Shown here one piece after another: positions 1 through 7,708 of a stretch of 32,000 bases of DNA. Made by a program: the position numbers and the translations under genes. Below the pieces are notes generated by a model. The model had not been told where the DNA came from, searched no databases, and saw only the letters and a program-made list of their open reading frames with translations. The stretch spans positions 660,001-692,000 of the forward strand of contig JBJLBP010000001.1 of the NCBI GenBank assembly GCA_045568075.1, written 5' to 3'. Position 1 is the stretch's first letter; the number at the start of each line of letters is the position of its first letter. The DNA comes from Candidatus Thalassarchaeaceae archaeon (lineage in GTDB: Archaea > Thermoplasmatota > Poseidoniia > Poseidoniales > Thalassarchaeaceae).

Positions 1-1350
1 GTCATCGCCGCGGTCAACGGTGTCCTTGTCGTCTATTGCTCCAACCGTAATTGAGGCGTCAGCAGCACCTACCGAAGTCACCCTGCGGCGTCCGTCATTG
101 CCGATTGCAGCGACCGGCACGACGCCTGCTTCTGCTGCTTGGTTCACTGCTCTCGCATCGGCGGCGGTGCCGTTGTCACCGGGGTCGTCGCCGTTAGGAT
201 CGCCGATGCTTCCGAATGACATCGACATTACTTGGATACCCTCGCTGGAGTCGTTATTTCCCCAATCGGTATCGACATTGGCAGCGACCCAATTTATGCC
301 TTTGAGAGTAGCAGCAGAGTTGGTTCCGCCAGTGTCTGTCATCACCTTGACATCGACGAGATAGGCACCGGGGGCATAGCCCTGGTGGATGCGTCGTGAA
401 TCACCAGTCCCGAGTGCAATTCCAGCAACGTGAGTTCCGTGCCCGTCTCCATCGTCGGGGTCATGTGTACCTTCGTTATTGCAGTCGTTCTGGTTGAGGG
501 AAGTGGCGTCACAACCAGCTATCCACTTGGGGTCAGCAAGGTCATCGGGATCGTTCTCATTATCGTCATTGTCATCAGAGAAATCGTCGAGTGAGAAGTG
601 CTCGTTATCGACTCCGGTGTCGAGGATTGCAATGACGATGCCCGATCCATCGTAGCCGAAATCACGCATTGTCTCGTCGTATCGGTCTGAGTCGCGGACC
701 TTCGAACCACGAGGAGCTGAGTCGAGATATGGGGCAAGGACATTCTGTTCCTCGACCATAACGACTCCATCGAGTTGCCAAATTTCAATCAGTGCGCTGA
801 CTGGAACATGGTCGAGAACGATGGAGTCGAGGATATCCATCTGGAAGAACCACGAGCCCTGCTCTTGCCAGCCGTGGGCTTCGAGAACTTCGCGGAGCGC
901 TGCAAGATCGCTCGGCCCAGGGTGCCAAGCGTAATCGACGACAATCGCAACCGTATCTTTGCCATCAATGCCAATGATTGCGGTTGACGATACCGACTGG
1001 CGTTGACCAGCGATGATTCGCTGAAGCCGGTCGTCCATACCATCGGAATCGAAGTCATACCAGTAGCCGAACCACCAACCCTCATCCTCGACCGGGATGC
1101 CGGCATCGAAGGGAGGGGAACGGATTGATCGGTCGATTGATTCACACTGAATCTCACCACAAATCAGGGCTGGAGGCCAGTTCGCTGGGCGCTCTTGACC
1201 TACATTCTCAAAGCCTTCAGAATTCTCACCGATTCCTAAGGAATCGACATCATCCTGAGTTGGAAATGCCGAGACGGCGATGCTCATGTCGAGCACCAGT
1301 ATCATCGCCGCAAGGACAATCGGAGTGAGGTCAAGTCGACTTTCAGTCAT
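1..1350 (-). CDS. Subtilisin-like serine peptidase (MEROPS S8), N-terminal 450 codons; the 3' end lies beyond the window start
   Basis: Absent from the ORF track because the frame is open to the window edge. Manual minus-strand translation from ATG (1350-1348) is uninterrupted. It starts MTESRLDLTPIVLAAMILVLDMSIAV (signal/anchor). It then shows the S8 Asp block GIVIAILDTGVD, the His block DGDGHGTHVAGIA and the oxyanion Asn block VPVAAIGNDG. The catalytic Ser block would be off-window. Track ORFs 20..364(+), 519..788(-) and 789..1160(-) are shadow frames of this gene. Confidence 0.85.
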   Translation of the reverse strand, partial: MTESRLDLTPIVLAAMILVLDMSIAVSAFPTQDDVDSLGIGENSEGFENVGQERPANWPPALICGEIQCESIDRSIRSPPFDAGIPVEDEGWWFGYWYDFDSDGMDDRLQRIIAGQRQSVSSTAIIGIDGKDTVAIVVDYAWHPGPSDLAALREVLEAHGWQEQGSWFFQMDILDSIVLDHVPVSALIEIWQLDGVVMVEEQNVLAPYLDSAPRGSKVRDSDRYDETMRDFGYDGSGIVIAILDTGVDNEHFSLDDFSDDNDDNENDPDDLADPKWIAGCDATSLNQNDCNNEGTHDPDDGDGHGTHVAGIALGTGDSRRIHQGYAPGAYLVDVKVMTDTGGTNSAATLKGINWVAANVDTDWGNNDSSEGIQVMSMSFGSIGDPNGDDPGDNGTAADARAVNQAAEAGVVPVAAIGNDGRRRVTSVGAADASITVGAIDDKDTVDRGDD

Positions 1351-1454
1351 GGCTCTGCAAGCAGAGCCAGCCTAAGTCGGGGTATAAGCCGAACCCGTCG
1401 AGGTGCCTAAGAGGCGTCCTCATCGGCACCTGTTGATGCTTGCGCTTCGTGCAG

Positions 1455-2492
1455 TCAAGGCCATTTGATGTGTCTATTGGAGAGGTCACATCGAAGGCTG
1501 CAATTCTCTCCTTGAACCACAGCATGAACCTCACCCTCGCAGACTGGGCAAATCACTTGCTCGGATAACTCCTCCAACCACGCCCTGCGAGTCTCCAATT
1601 CATCACCTTCGTCACGCAGCCGCTTGAGGATGCGGGCAGCCTCTGCTTCGAGGGGTTTTCCAGCCTCACTCCAGGGGTCTGATTCGAGGCTGCCCATGCG
1701 TGCGGTCGCCACTTCTCTCGCCGCCGTAGAGGCGGCAGTTCCGGCGACCGAGATATCCGTTGAGTCATCGAGTTTCGAGGGCGCTCCTCGAGCGATTGGT
1801 CGGGCGAGCGCCCAAGCCAGCATGAAGCCGCCCACATGCGCCATGTGGGCGACATTCGTGACCGATTGTTCGGCCTCAATTTGGTACATGTTCCAAACCT
1901 CGAGGCCCAATCGGAAAGCTGCGATTCCCCAGACTGGCCAAGCCCGTATGAAGAATAGCAGTGGAAATTCGATTCTATCGTACGGCCAGCAGGCCATGTA
2001 GGCTCCCAGTATGCCGAACGCGGCGCCGCTGGCGCCGAGGGCCGGGCTATACGACTCAGGGTGAGTCAGCACCCATGAGATATTCCCTCCCAACAGCCCG
2101 ACAAAGTAGATCACAATCCAGCGCGAGCGCCCCATTCTCTGTTCGAGAGGCACACCAGCGAGTGCGATGACCAAGATATTCCCGAGAACGTGAATCCAGT
2201 TGGCGTGAAGCCAAGCAGAGGTGAAGAATCGATGGACTTGATCCGGATGATCAGCAATTGCGGGAATCAATGTCAGAAACGCCATAGGCGTGAAATCGAA
2301 CAACCCGAAATCGATTATCATCTGATAGAAGGTCACGAGAAGCAGCGAGAGCACAGTCGCCAGAGCGATACTCGTCTCTTGCCGCCAAGCGACGACATAC
2401 GGTGCTGCTGCGACGGCCAAGAATAGTCCGAGAGCAAGCATATCCGAGCCGGTCAAATCGCTCCAGAAAATCTCGAATTCGGGCGCAGCCAT
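1455..2492 (-). CDS. Rhomboid-family intramembrane serine protease with a C-terminal soluble tail carrying zinc-ribbon-like cysteines
   Basis: 345-aa ORF with ATG at 2492. Multi-TM. Rhomboid blocks are WLHANWIHVLGN, the catalytic Ser block LGASGAAFGILGAY and the His block HMAHVGGFMLAWA. The C-terminal ~110 aa is charged/coiled and ends in ICPVCEGEVH...CSLRC. Confidence 0.85.
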   Translation of the reverse strand: MAAPEFEIFWSDLTGSDMLALGLFLAVAAAPYVVAWRQETSIALATVLSLLLVTFYQMIIDFGLFDFTPMAFLTLIPAIADHPDQVHRFFTSAWLHANWIHVLGNILVIALAGVPLEQRMGRSRWIVIYFVGLLGGNISWVLTHPESYSPALGASGAAFGILGAYMACWPYDRIEFPLLFFIRAWPVWGIAAFRLGLEVWNMYQIEAEQSVTNVAHMAHVGGFMLAWALARPIARGAPSKLDDSTDISVAGTAASTAAREVATARMGSLESDPWSEAGKPLEAEAARILKRLRDEGDELETRRAWLEELSEQVICPVCEGEVHAVVQGENCSLRCDLSNRHIKWP

Positions 2493-2590
2493 GCGACTTC
2501 CTCACCCTTCGACGGAACGGTTCAGGGCATAGCCGCTTCGCTGGAGCGCTCGACGGAACCACTCAAACGCGCGCTACCTGTGGACGAGCC

Positions 2591-3982
2591 ATGAGCGCGC
2601 GAGTGTTGCTATCTGCCGATGGGCTGGTGGTTAACCGTGGAGCGCGCAAGGTCCTGCGCGGCGTCGACTTCTCTCTATCAGAGGGAGAAGTCGTGGGTCT
2701 TGTCGGAGTAAATGGGTCTGGTAAGACGACCCTGCTCGAGACACTTGCTGGACTTCACTCGATGTCGGCTGGCAAGGTCGAGAGGCACGATTCTGGAATC
2801 TCTGAAATCGTGCGGGATTCTGATGGTCAGCGCGGGAATATTCGTGGTTTTGGTTTGGCTCTACAAAGCGACGCTATTTGTGGCGATGAGAGCGTCGCTG
2901 AGCGCGTCCGTGGAGCTTGTCGAGTTGCTGGACGCGCCGACGATGAGGCGGCTATTGCTCAGATGCTTTCAGATTGGGGTCTAGGCCACCGGGCTGATGA
3001 TCGAGTCGCCAAACTTTCCGGTGGCCTACGTCGTCGAGTAGCAGTTCTCTCTTCTTTGGCTCCAGCGGCTCTCAATCCTGATTCTACAGTGGTCCTTCTC
3101 GACGAGCCTTCCGAAGGTCTCGACGAGTCATCTCGCGAGCTCTTAGCCGGTTGGCTTGGCTCACTCTCAGCTCTCGGCCACTCTATCCTCGTCGCAACTC
3201 ACGACCCTGAGATGATTGCCACTTGCAACCGGGTCGTCACTGTCTCCGAATCCGGCTCGATTAGCAGCACTGAAAGCGGGACAAATTCGCTCTCTGCTCC
3301 CCTTCCGGAGCCGGTTGGCTCAGCCGAACACAAAGAGTTCGTCGGCTGGGCATTACGCTTGGAAAAGCGCAACCCAATCGACACCCTAGGTAGAGGGGTG
3401 CCCGCGCTCGTCGCCCTATTGCTCGCCTATACCCTCTCAACCGATATCGCGCGCACGAGCGAGAATCACGATTTGCTCGCCGGGCTGATTCTAACTCCAG
3501 CATTCATCAGCGCCATCGTCGCACCCGCTCTCATCAAGCGACTCGCAGAGGAACGAGCCGGCGATTGGTGGAGGGCGATGACCGGAGCCGGCTCGCGAAT
3601 CTGGTTCTCGATTATGGGGGCATCATTCCTGCTTCCATTACCAATCATCTACCTCTCATGGTACATACTCTCAGGAGACTTCGATTCCGATGTCCCAAGT
3701 TGGCTATGGCTATTCGGTTTGGTGATAATCGACCTTAGTGTAGCCGCGTCCGCTCTCCATCTAATGGTAGCAGACCTCAGTCGAGCCAGCGCTGTTCCTG
3801 TTTCCTTGCTTCAACTTGTTTTAATCTGGCCATTCCTTCAGATGACGAGCGCTTTGGCTTCGATAATGACCGATGGAATGAGTTTTGAATTAACGCTCGG
3901 TGAGCCGATTGCAGACATCGGGATAGCTTGGTTGTCAGTGGTACTAATTTGGGCCATGGCGGTAATCATTCCTGAAGATTGA
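2591..3982 (+). CDS. ABC transporter ATPase fused to a multi-TM permease domain (CcmA/CcmB-like heme-exporter fusion inferred from context)
   Basis: Track ORF 2402..3982 trimmed to ATG 2591 (MSARVLL...), because the upstream part runs into the divergent rhomboid promoter. Motifs: Walker A GVNGSGKTT, ABC signature LSGGLRRR, Walker B VVLLDEPSEGLD, H-loop VATHD. The C-terminal ~200 aa is hydrophobic with several TM segments. The gene lies directly upstream of ccmC. Confidence 0.7.
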   Translation: MSARVLLSADGLVVNRGARKVLRGVDFSLSEGEVVGLVGVNGSGKTTLLETLAGLHSMSAGKVERHDSGISEIVRDSDGQRGNIRGFGLALQSDAICGDESVAERVRGACRVAGRADDEAAIAQMLSDWGLGHRADDRVAKLSGGLRRRVAVLSSLAPAALNPDSTVVLLDEPSEGLDESSRELLAGWLGSLSALGHSILVATHDPEMIATCNRVVTVSESGSISSTESGTNSLSAPLPEPVGSAEHKEFVGWALRLEKRNPIDTLGRGVPALVALLLAYTLSTDIARTSENHDLLAGLILTPAFISAIVAPALIKRLAEERAGDWWRAMTGAGSRIWFSIMGASFLLPLPIIYLSWYILSGDFDSDVPSWLWLFGLVIIDLSVAASALHLMVADLSRASAVPVSLLQLVLIWPFLQMTSALASIMTDGMSFELTLGEPIADIGIAWLSVVLIWAMAVIIPED

Positions 3983-3993
3983 GAGGTGGAAAG

Positions 3994-4719
3994 ATGAATT
4001 GGCGCGACTCAGGATATGCCTTGACGTATGTGGGTTTAGCGGGTATTGTATTTGCTACAGTCATTGGTTTGGAATATGCTCCGACGATTAAGGCATGTAC
4101 TGGAGGTGGATGTTTTGGTGCCCCAGAAGCGTACAGGATTCTATACCTTCACGTTCCCTTTGCTTGGTGTTCATTCCTATCTTTCAGTGTTCTATTCTAC
4201 GGCTCAATAATGTGGTATTTGAAGCGCAGTGAAGATGCTTGGGTTTACTTCCAAAGTGGTTCCGACCTTGGCTTGATTTTTGGTTTAGGAGTGATAACCT
4301 CAGGTCCAATTTGGGCTTCTGCAGAATGGGGTACTCCGTGGGATTGGGGCGATATACGGCTCAATTCATTCGGTTTGCTTTCTGCGATCGCTCTATTCCT
4401 AGTATATTCGCGCCGATCTCAACCAGACACCCCAGCTACGCGAGATACTCTATCTGCAATCGGGCTGTTTGGATTCGCCTTAGTCCCTATTACTGCCGGA
4501 GCGACTCATTGGTGGAATACCACACACCCTCCACTATTGGTTATTGAATCGGGTGAAAAGGTAGGCATGGACTCCGAAATTCGTACGCTGCTATTGCTTA
4601 ATTTCGCGATTATGTGTGTTTTATTCGTAGGCTTTCTATTGCTCTCGAATAAGCGGTATCGTCTTGCCGCTGAGGTTTCCTCTCGCAAGGCGGAACTAGA
4701 CGAGGAGGCGATGTTGTGA
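3994..4719 (+). CDS. ccmC: Heme exporter protein C (cytochrome c maturation system I, CcmC)
   Basis: ATG 3994 is preceded by the SD-like GAGGTGG; the track ORF starts at TTG 3979. CcmC hallmarks: YRILYLHVPFAW (conserved His), the Trp-rich motif AEWGTPWDWGDIRLNS, and a second His in ATHWWNTTHP. About 6 TM segments. Confidence 0.85.
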   Translation: MNWRDSGYALTYVGLAGIVFATVIGLEYAPTIKACTGGGCFGAPEAYRILYLHVPFAWCSFLSFSVLFYGSIMWYLKRSEDAWVYFQSGSDLGLIFGLGVITSGPIWASAEWGTPWDWGDIRLNSFGLLSAIALFLVYSRRSQPDTPATRDTLSAIGLFGFALVPITAGATHWWNTTHPPLLVIESGEKVGMDSEIRTLLLLNFAIMCVLFVGFLLLSNKRYRLAAEVSSRKAELDEEAML

Positions 4720-4880
4720 GTGGAATCGTTGAGGCTTACATCGCCTACTCGATAATGGTTGGATTAGTGATCTGGTTCAGTCGCGACCTGCTCGGACAAA
4801 TCTCCTCGCTAGAGGCCGAACTTGAGGTGCTTTCCAGCAACGATACTGGCACCTTGGATAGTGCAGACTCCGAAGAATGA
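4716..4880 (+). CDS. Small single-TM protein, possible CcmD-like heme exporter subunit
   Basis: 54-codon ORF below the track cut-off, found by hand. GTG 4716 overlaps the ccmC stop (GTGA). Translation: VSGIVEAYIAYSIMVGLVIWFSRDLLGQISSLEAELEVLSSNDTGTLDSADSEE. One TM followed by an acidic tail. Position and architecture fit CcmD, but the sequence is too short for me to confirm. Confidence 0.4.
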   Translation: MSGIVEAYIAYSIMVGLVIWFSRDLLGQISSLEAELEVLSSNDTGTLDSADSEE

Positions 4881-4899
4881 GCGCCCTATTCTTCTCTTC

Positions 4900-4947
4900 G
4901 TTGATTTTTCTGAATCAACCTTAATTTCGGCCCCGAAGGGGGCCGAA
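4900..4947 (+). terminator. Two tandem stem-loops downstream of the ccm genes (putative transcript end/insulator)
   Basis: Hairpin A at 4900-4919: gttgatt-tttctg-aatcaac, 7-bp stem. Hairpin B at 4926-4947: ttcggcccc-gaag-ggggccgaa, 9-bp GC-rich stem. Both lie in a T-rich context 20 nt after the small ORF stop. Confidence 0.45.
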
Positions 4948-5012
4948 TGCTCTCCCGACCTGCTCACCAACCCTTCAAACGGGGCAGGTCTGCCGGAAGT
5001 TGGGGGAGCACC

Positions 5013-6065
5013 ATGGAAAGCGCAGCCTTCTGCATCTCTTGCGGCTCACCTCCGCCACTCACGTCCGAAAGGCTGTGCGAAGGCTGTCTACGGACCCGAA
5101 CGACATTTTCTGATGTTCCCGACCGTATCCAACAACACCGCTGCGCCAAGTGTGGCATGCATGAGGTCGAGAAGCGTTGGGTCCGTATCGAGGACGAGGA
5201 ACTCGGCGAGCTGCGACTCCGTGAGAACATTGCAGTTACCGAGGGTGCTACCTCGGTTGCCATCGATATGGCTTACCAATCAATCGACGAGCGCACTGCT
5301 CGCCTCCATGTGACAGTTGAGGGTAAACTCGAGGGTTATGATTTCGGAGATCAGTACGAAGTTCTGTTGCAGACCAGCAACGCGGTGTGCCCGACCTGCA
5401 CTCGAAAGGCAGGAGCTTACTTCGAAGCCACAATGCAACTTCGCAGCGCAGGTCGACGCCTCTCAGAAGAGGAACTCAAGGATCTCAGAGGGACTCTGGA
5501 TGAACTTCTCGCTGAACTTGAATCCGACCCTATGTTCTTCGTCACCAAAGAAGGACCCGTCACAGGAGGCTGGGACCTCCAGTTTGGGTCAAAAGCACTC
5601 GCAAGAACTTGGGCCCGACGTTTGATCCGAAAGTTTGGAGGAACGACCAAGGAAACTTCGACATTGGTGGGGATGAGAGAAGGAAGCGAAGTCACTCGGC
5701 TAACTCTAAGCTACCGAAAGCCAGCATATTCACTTGGAGACATCGTCCGCTGGAAGCGCGAGAATTGGCTAATTTCTGCTTGGCAAAAGGATGGACCGAT
5801 GCTTCGTCGCCTCGATAGAAATGAGCGAACGGGAGTAACTTGGCGAGACATGGAGAAGGCATCGGTTGTATGCCGATTCGACGATCAAAAAGTAGTCGAT
5901 ATTCTCAATCGTGACAGCTCTGGAGCGGAGGTCATGGATCCGACTGATTTCCGCGTGGTAACGGTTGCTCTCCCCTACGATGATGATGGTTCGAATCAGA
6001 ATCTGCGCATCGCTTTCATAGATGACTCGTGGTTGGCTATGCCGGGACACACAGGGGTTGACTGA
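5013..6065 (+). CDS. NMD3-family protein (archaeal homolog of the 60S subunit export adaptor)
   Basis: Track ORF 4947 trimmed to ATG 5013. An SD-like GGGGGAG lies upstream, and ATG 4947 sits inside hairpin B. N-terminal Cys pairs: CISCG...CEGC, CAKCG, CPTC. The AYFEATMQLR block is typical of NMD3. Confidence 0.8.
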   Translation: MESAAFCISCGSPPPLTSERLCEGCLRTRTTFSDVPDRIQQHRCAKCGMHEVEKRWVRIEDEELGELRLRENIAVTEGATSVAIDMAYQSIDERTARLHVTVEGKLEGYDFGDQYEVLLQTSNAVCPTCTRKAGAYFEATMQLRSAGRRLSEEELKDLRGTLDELLAELESDPMFFVTKEGPVTGGWDLQFGSKALARTWARRLIRKFGGTTKETSTLVGMREGSEVTRLTLSYRKPAYSLGDIVRWKRENWLISAWQKDGPMLRRLDRNERTGVTWRDMEKASVVCRFDDQKVVDILNRDSSGAEVMDPTDFRVVTVALPYDDDGSNQNLRIAFIDDSWLAMPGHTGVD

Positions 6066-6067
6066 CC

Positions 6068-7108
6068 ATGTCTAAGCCGGATTTCGATACACTGCTCGCT
6101 ACTCACGATAAGGGTGACATGGCCGGTTATACTCGCCGATTCGTCGACGACCTTGAGGCGGCACTCGGTGCTGCTGTCGAAGTCGACGCGGATATGGATT
6201 GGAGCGGTGTTCTGTGTCTTGGTATGGGTGGTTCCGGTGCTGGAGGGATGTTTTTGTCAGCCCTCACCGACTCCTCTGGAGGACTACCATTCGTCGTTTG
6301 GAGAGACTATGGTCTCCCCTCTTGGTGGGGTCCTGATTGGCTGGTTGTGGCTACTTCTTATTCGGGTAACACCGAGGAAACACTGGATGGTGTTCGCACC
6401 GCCCTTGAGGGCGGTGGCGTGGTTGTAGGAATCTGCTCAGGCGGTGAGCTTGAGCAAGTACTCTCCACTAGTGACGATGCTCTTTGCCTAAGCGTTCCAG
6501 GTGGACAAATGCCACGTTCCGCCTTTGGTCATCTTCTTGGAACTCAACTCGCCGCTTGCTGGGCGCTAGGGATTCTTCCGCGGCCTGATGAAGAAGAATT
6601 AGCGGGCATGATTACCCGACTACGCACGGCTTCTGAGTCTGCAGACCTCATCGGAGGAGACGGGCGGGTTGCGGCGATGGCGGCTGGGATGGTGGATCGA
6701 TCAATAGGAATCGTCGCCGCTGGAGAAATGGCTCCTGCAGGAGTTCGCTTCACGAATCAACTTAACGAGAATTCTGACCGCTTCGCACGTCCGGTTACCT
6801 TACCTGAGATGAATCACAATGAGATTGTTGCTTGGGGTCGTGATGCTGAGTCACAGGCCTTGCTCTATCTGACGAGTCCTGCTACGCACCCTCGCGTGAG
6901 CGCTCGGCTTGGATGGATGATGGAAAATGTCGATGCGGGAGATTCATGGCTGCTTGATTGTGAGGGTGAGAGTCTCCTTGAGAGCCTCCTCATCGCTGCG
7001 CACATCACCGATTGGGTGAGTATCGCACTGGCTGTCACGAATGGTGTCGATCCATCAGAGATGGCTTCGATTGAGGGGCTGAAGGCGCACCTCGCGACTA
7101 TTCAGTAG
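6068..7108 (+). CDS. Bifunctional phosphoglucose/phosphomannose isomerase family (SIS domain)
   Basis: 346 aa. SIS blocks LGMGGSGAGG and VVATSYSGNTEETL. The overall layout resembles the archaeal/bacterial PGI/PMI family. Starts 2 nt after the NMD3 stop. Confidence 0.7.
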   Translation: MSKPDFDTLLATHDKGDMAGYTRRFVDDLEAALGAAVEVDADMDWSGVLCLGMGGSGAGGMFLSALTDSSGGLPFVVWRDYGLPSWWGPDWLVVATSYSGNTEETLDGVRTALEGGGVVVGICSGGELEQVLSTSDDALCLSVPGGQMPRSAFGHLLGTQLAACWALGILPRPDEEELAGMITRLRTASESADLIGGDGRVAAMAAGMVDRSIGIVAAGEMAPAGVRFTNQLNENSDRFARPVTLPEMNHNEIVAWGRDAESQALLYLTSPATHPRVSARLGWMMENVDAGDSWLLDCEGESLLESLLIAAHITDWVSIALAVTNGVDPSEMASIEGLKAHLATIQ

Positions 7109-7683
7109 ATTGGTCCAAGGACCAAACGCGGGTCCGGATAAATTGCTAGAGATTTCTCGCGGTCAGCCGGCGCGACGACTCCTGGCATATCGTGAGTCTC
7201 GGGTTCTTCGTACGAGAGTTGGAAGTGCAGGTGTGGTTCCCAACCTCCATTCTCGTGACGGTCGCCCATCCAACAGATGACCTCTCCGGGGCTAACCTTC
7301 TGACCGACTGACTTGCCTCTGACCGAGGCGGCATCAAGGTGTCCGTAGAGTGCCCAGATAGTGGTGCTGTCGAGGATATGCTTGGTAATCACGACGTAGC
7401 CATAATCGCCGTCGGCCGGATTGTAGCCAAAGTGTGAGATCTCACCGTCGGCAAAGGCCATGCAAGGAGTTCCGACGGGCGCCCCGATATCGATGCCAAT
7501 GTGGAGGAAGCGCGCACCATCGAAGAGATCTGTATTGTACATCCCAGGGCGCAATTCATCGTATCTCCCGATATCGTAGTCAAATTTTGAGGGTGAGTAA
7601 TTGCCGGTAGTGAAATCACGGACTTCGTAATCATCAGGGAGATTGACTACTGGATGGAACTCATGTGAATCCCAGTTGATCAT
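7102..7683 (-). CDS. M23 (LytM-type) metallopeptidase-domain protein, apparently cytoplasmic
   Basis: 193 aa. M23 zinc-ligand blocks FLHIGIDIGAPVGTP (HxxxD) and PHLHFQL (HxH), plus the YGHL block. I see no signal peptide or TM. The 3' end overlaps the PGI/PMI 3' end by 7 nt (convergent). Confidence 0.75.
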   Translation of the reverse strand: MINWDSHEFHPVVNLPDDYEVRDFTTGNYSPSKFDYDIGRYDELRPGMYNTDLFDGARFLHIGIDIGAPVGTPCMAFADGEISHFGYNPADGDYGYVVITKHILDSTTIWALYGHLDAASVRGKSVGQKVSPGEVICWMGDRHENGGWEPHLHFQLSYEEPETHDMPGVVAPADREKSLAIYPDPRLVLGPIY

Positions 7684-7708
7684 GACCCGCCGAAGCGGGT
7701 CGAGTCCA

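Noticed and set aside
20-1160. Track ORFs 20..364(+), 519..788(-), 775..987(+), 789..1160(-)
   Set aside because: They are superseded by the uninterrupted 450-codon minus-strand frame with S8 Asp/His/Asn blocks, which the track missed because it runs off the window edge.
2402-2590. Longest-ORF N-terminal extensions in the track (also 3979, 8909-8968, 8990, 10892, 12292, 14139, 19297, 25261, 28280)
   Set aside because: The track appears to start at the first ATG/GTG/TTG after a stop. The extensions are Arg-rich or non-homologous, overlap divergent promoters or upstream genes, and internal ATGs give family-typical N-termini, often with SD-like motifs.
4822-5313. 163-aa plus-strand ORF, and the 4947 ATG extension of the NMD3 ORF
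   Set aside because: The 4822 ORF overlaps the NMD3 Cys-pair region in another frame and also spans the terminator hairpins. The 4947 ATG sits within hairpin B, while ATG 5013 has an SD-like GGGGGAG and gives a typical NMD3 N-terminus.
5988-5997. tRNA T-arm-like string GGTTCGAATC (another GGTTCGAAT at 14529-14537)
   Set aside because: Both lie inside well-supported CDSs. I could not fold a flanking acceptor or anticodon stem, so there is no tRNA.
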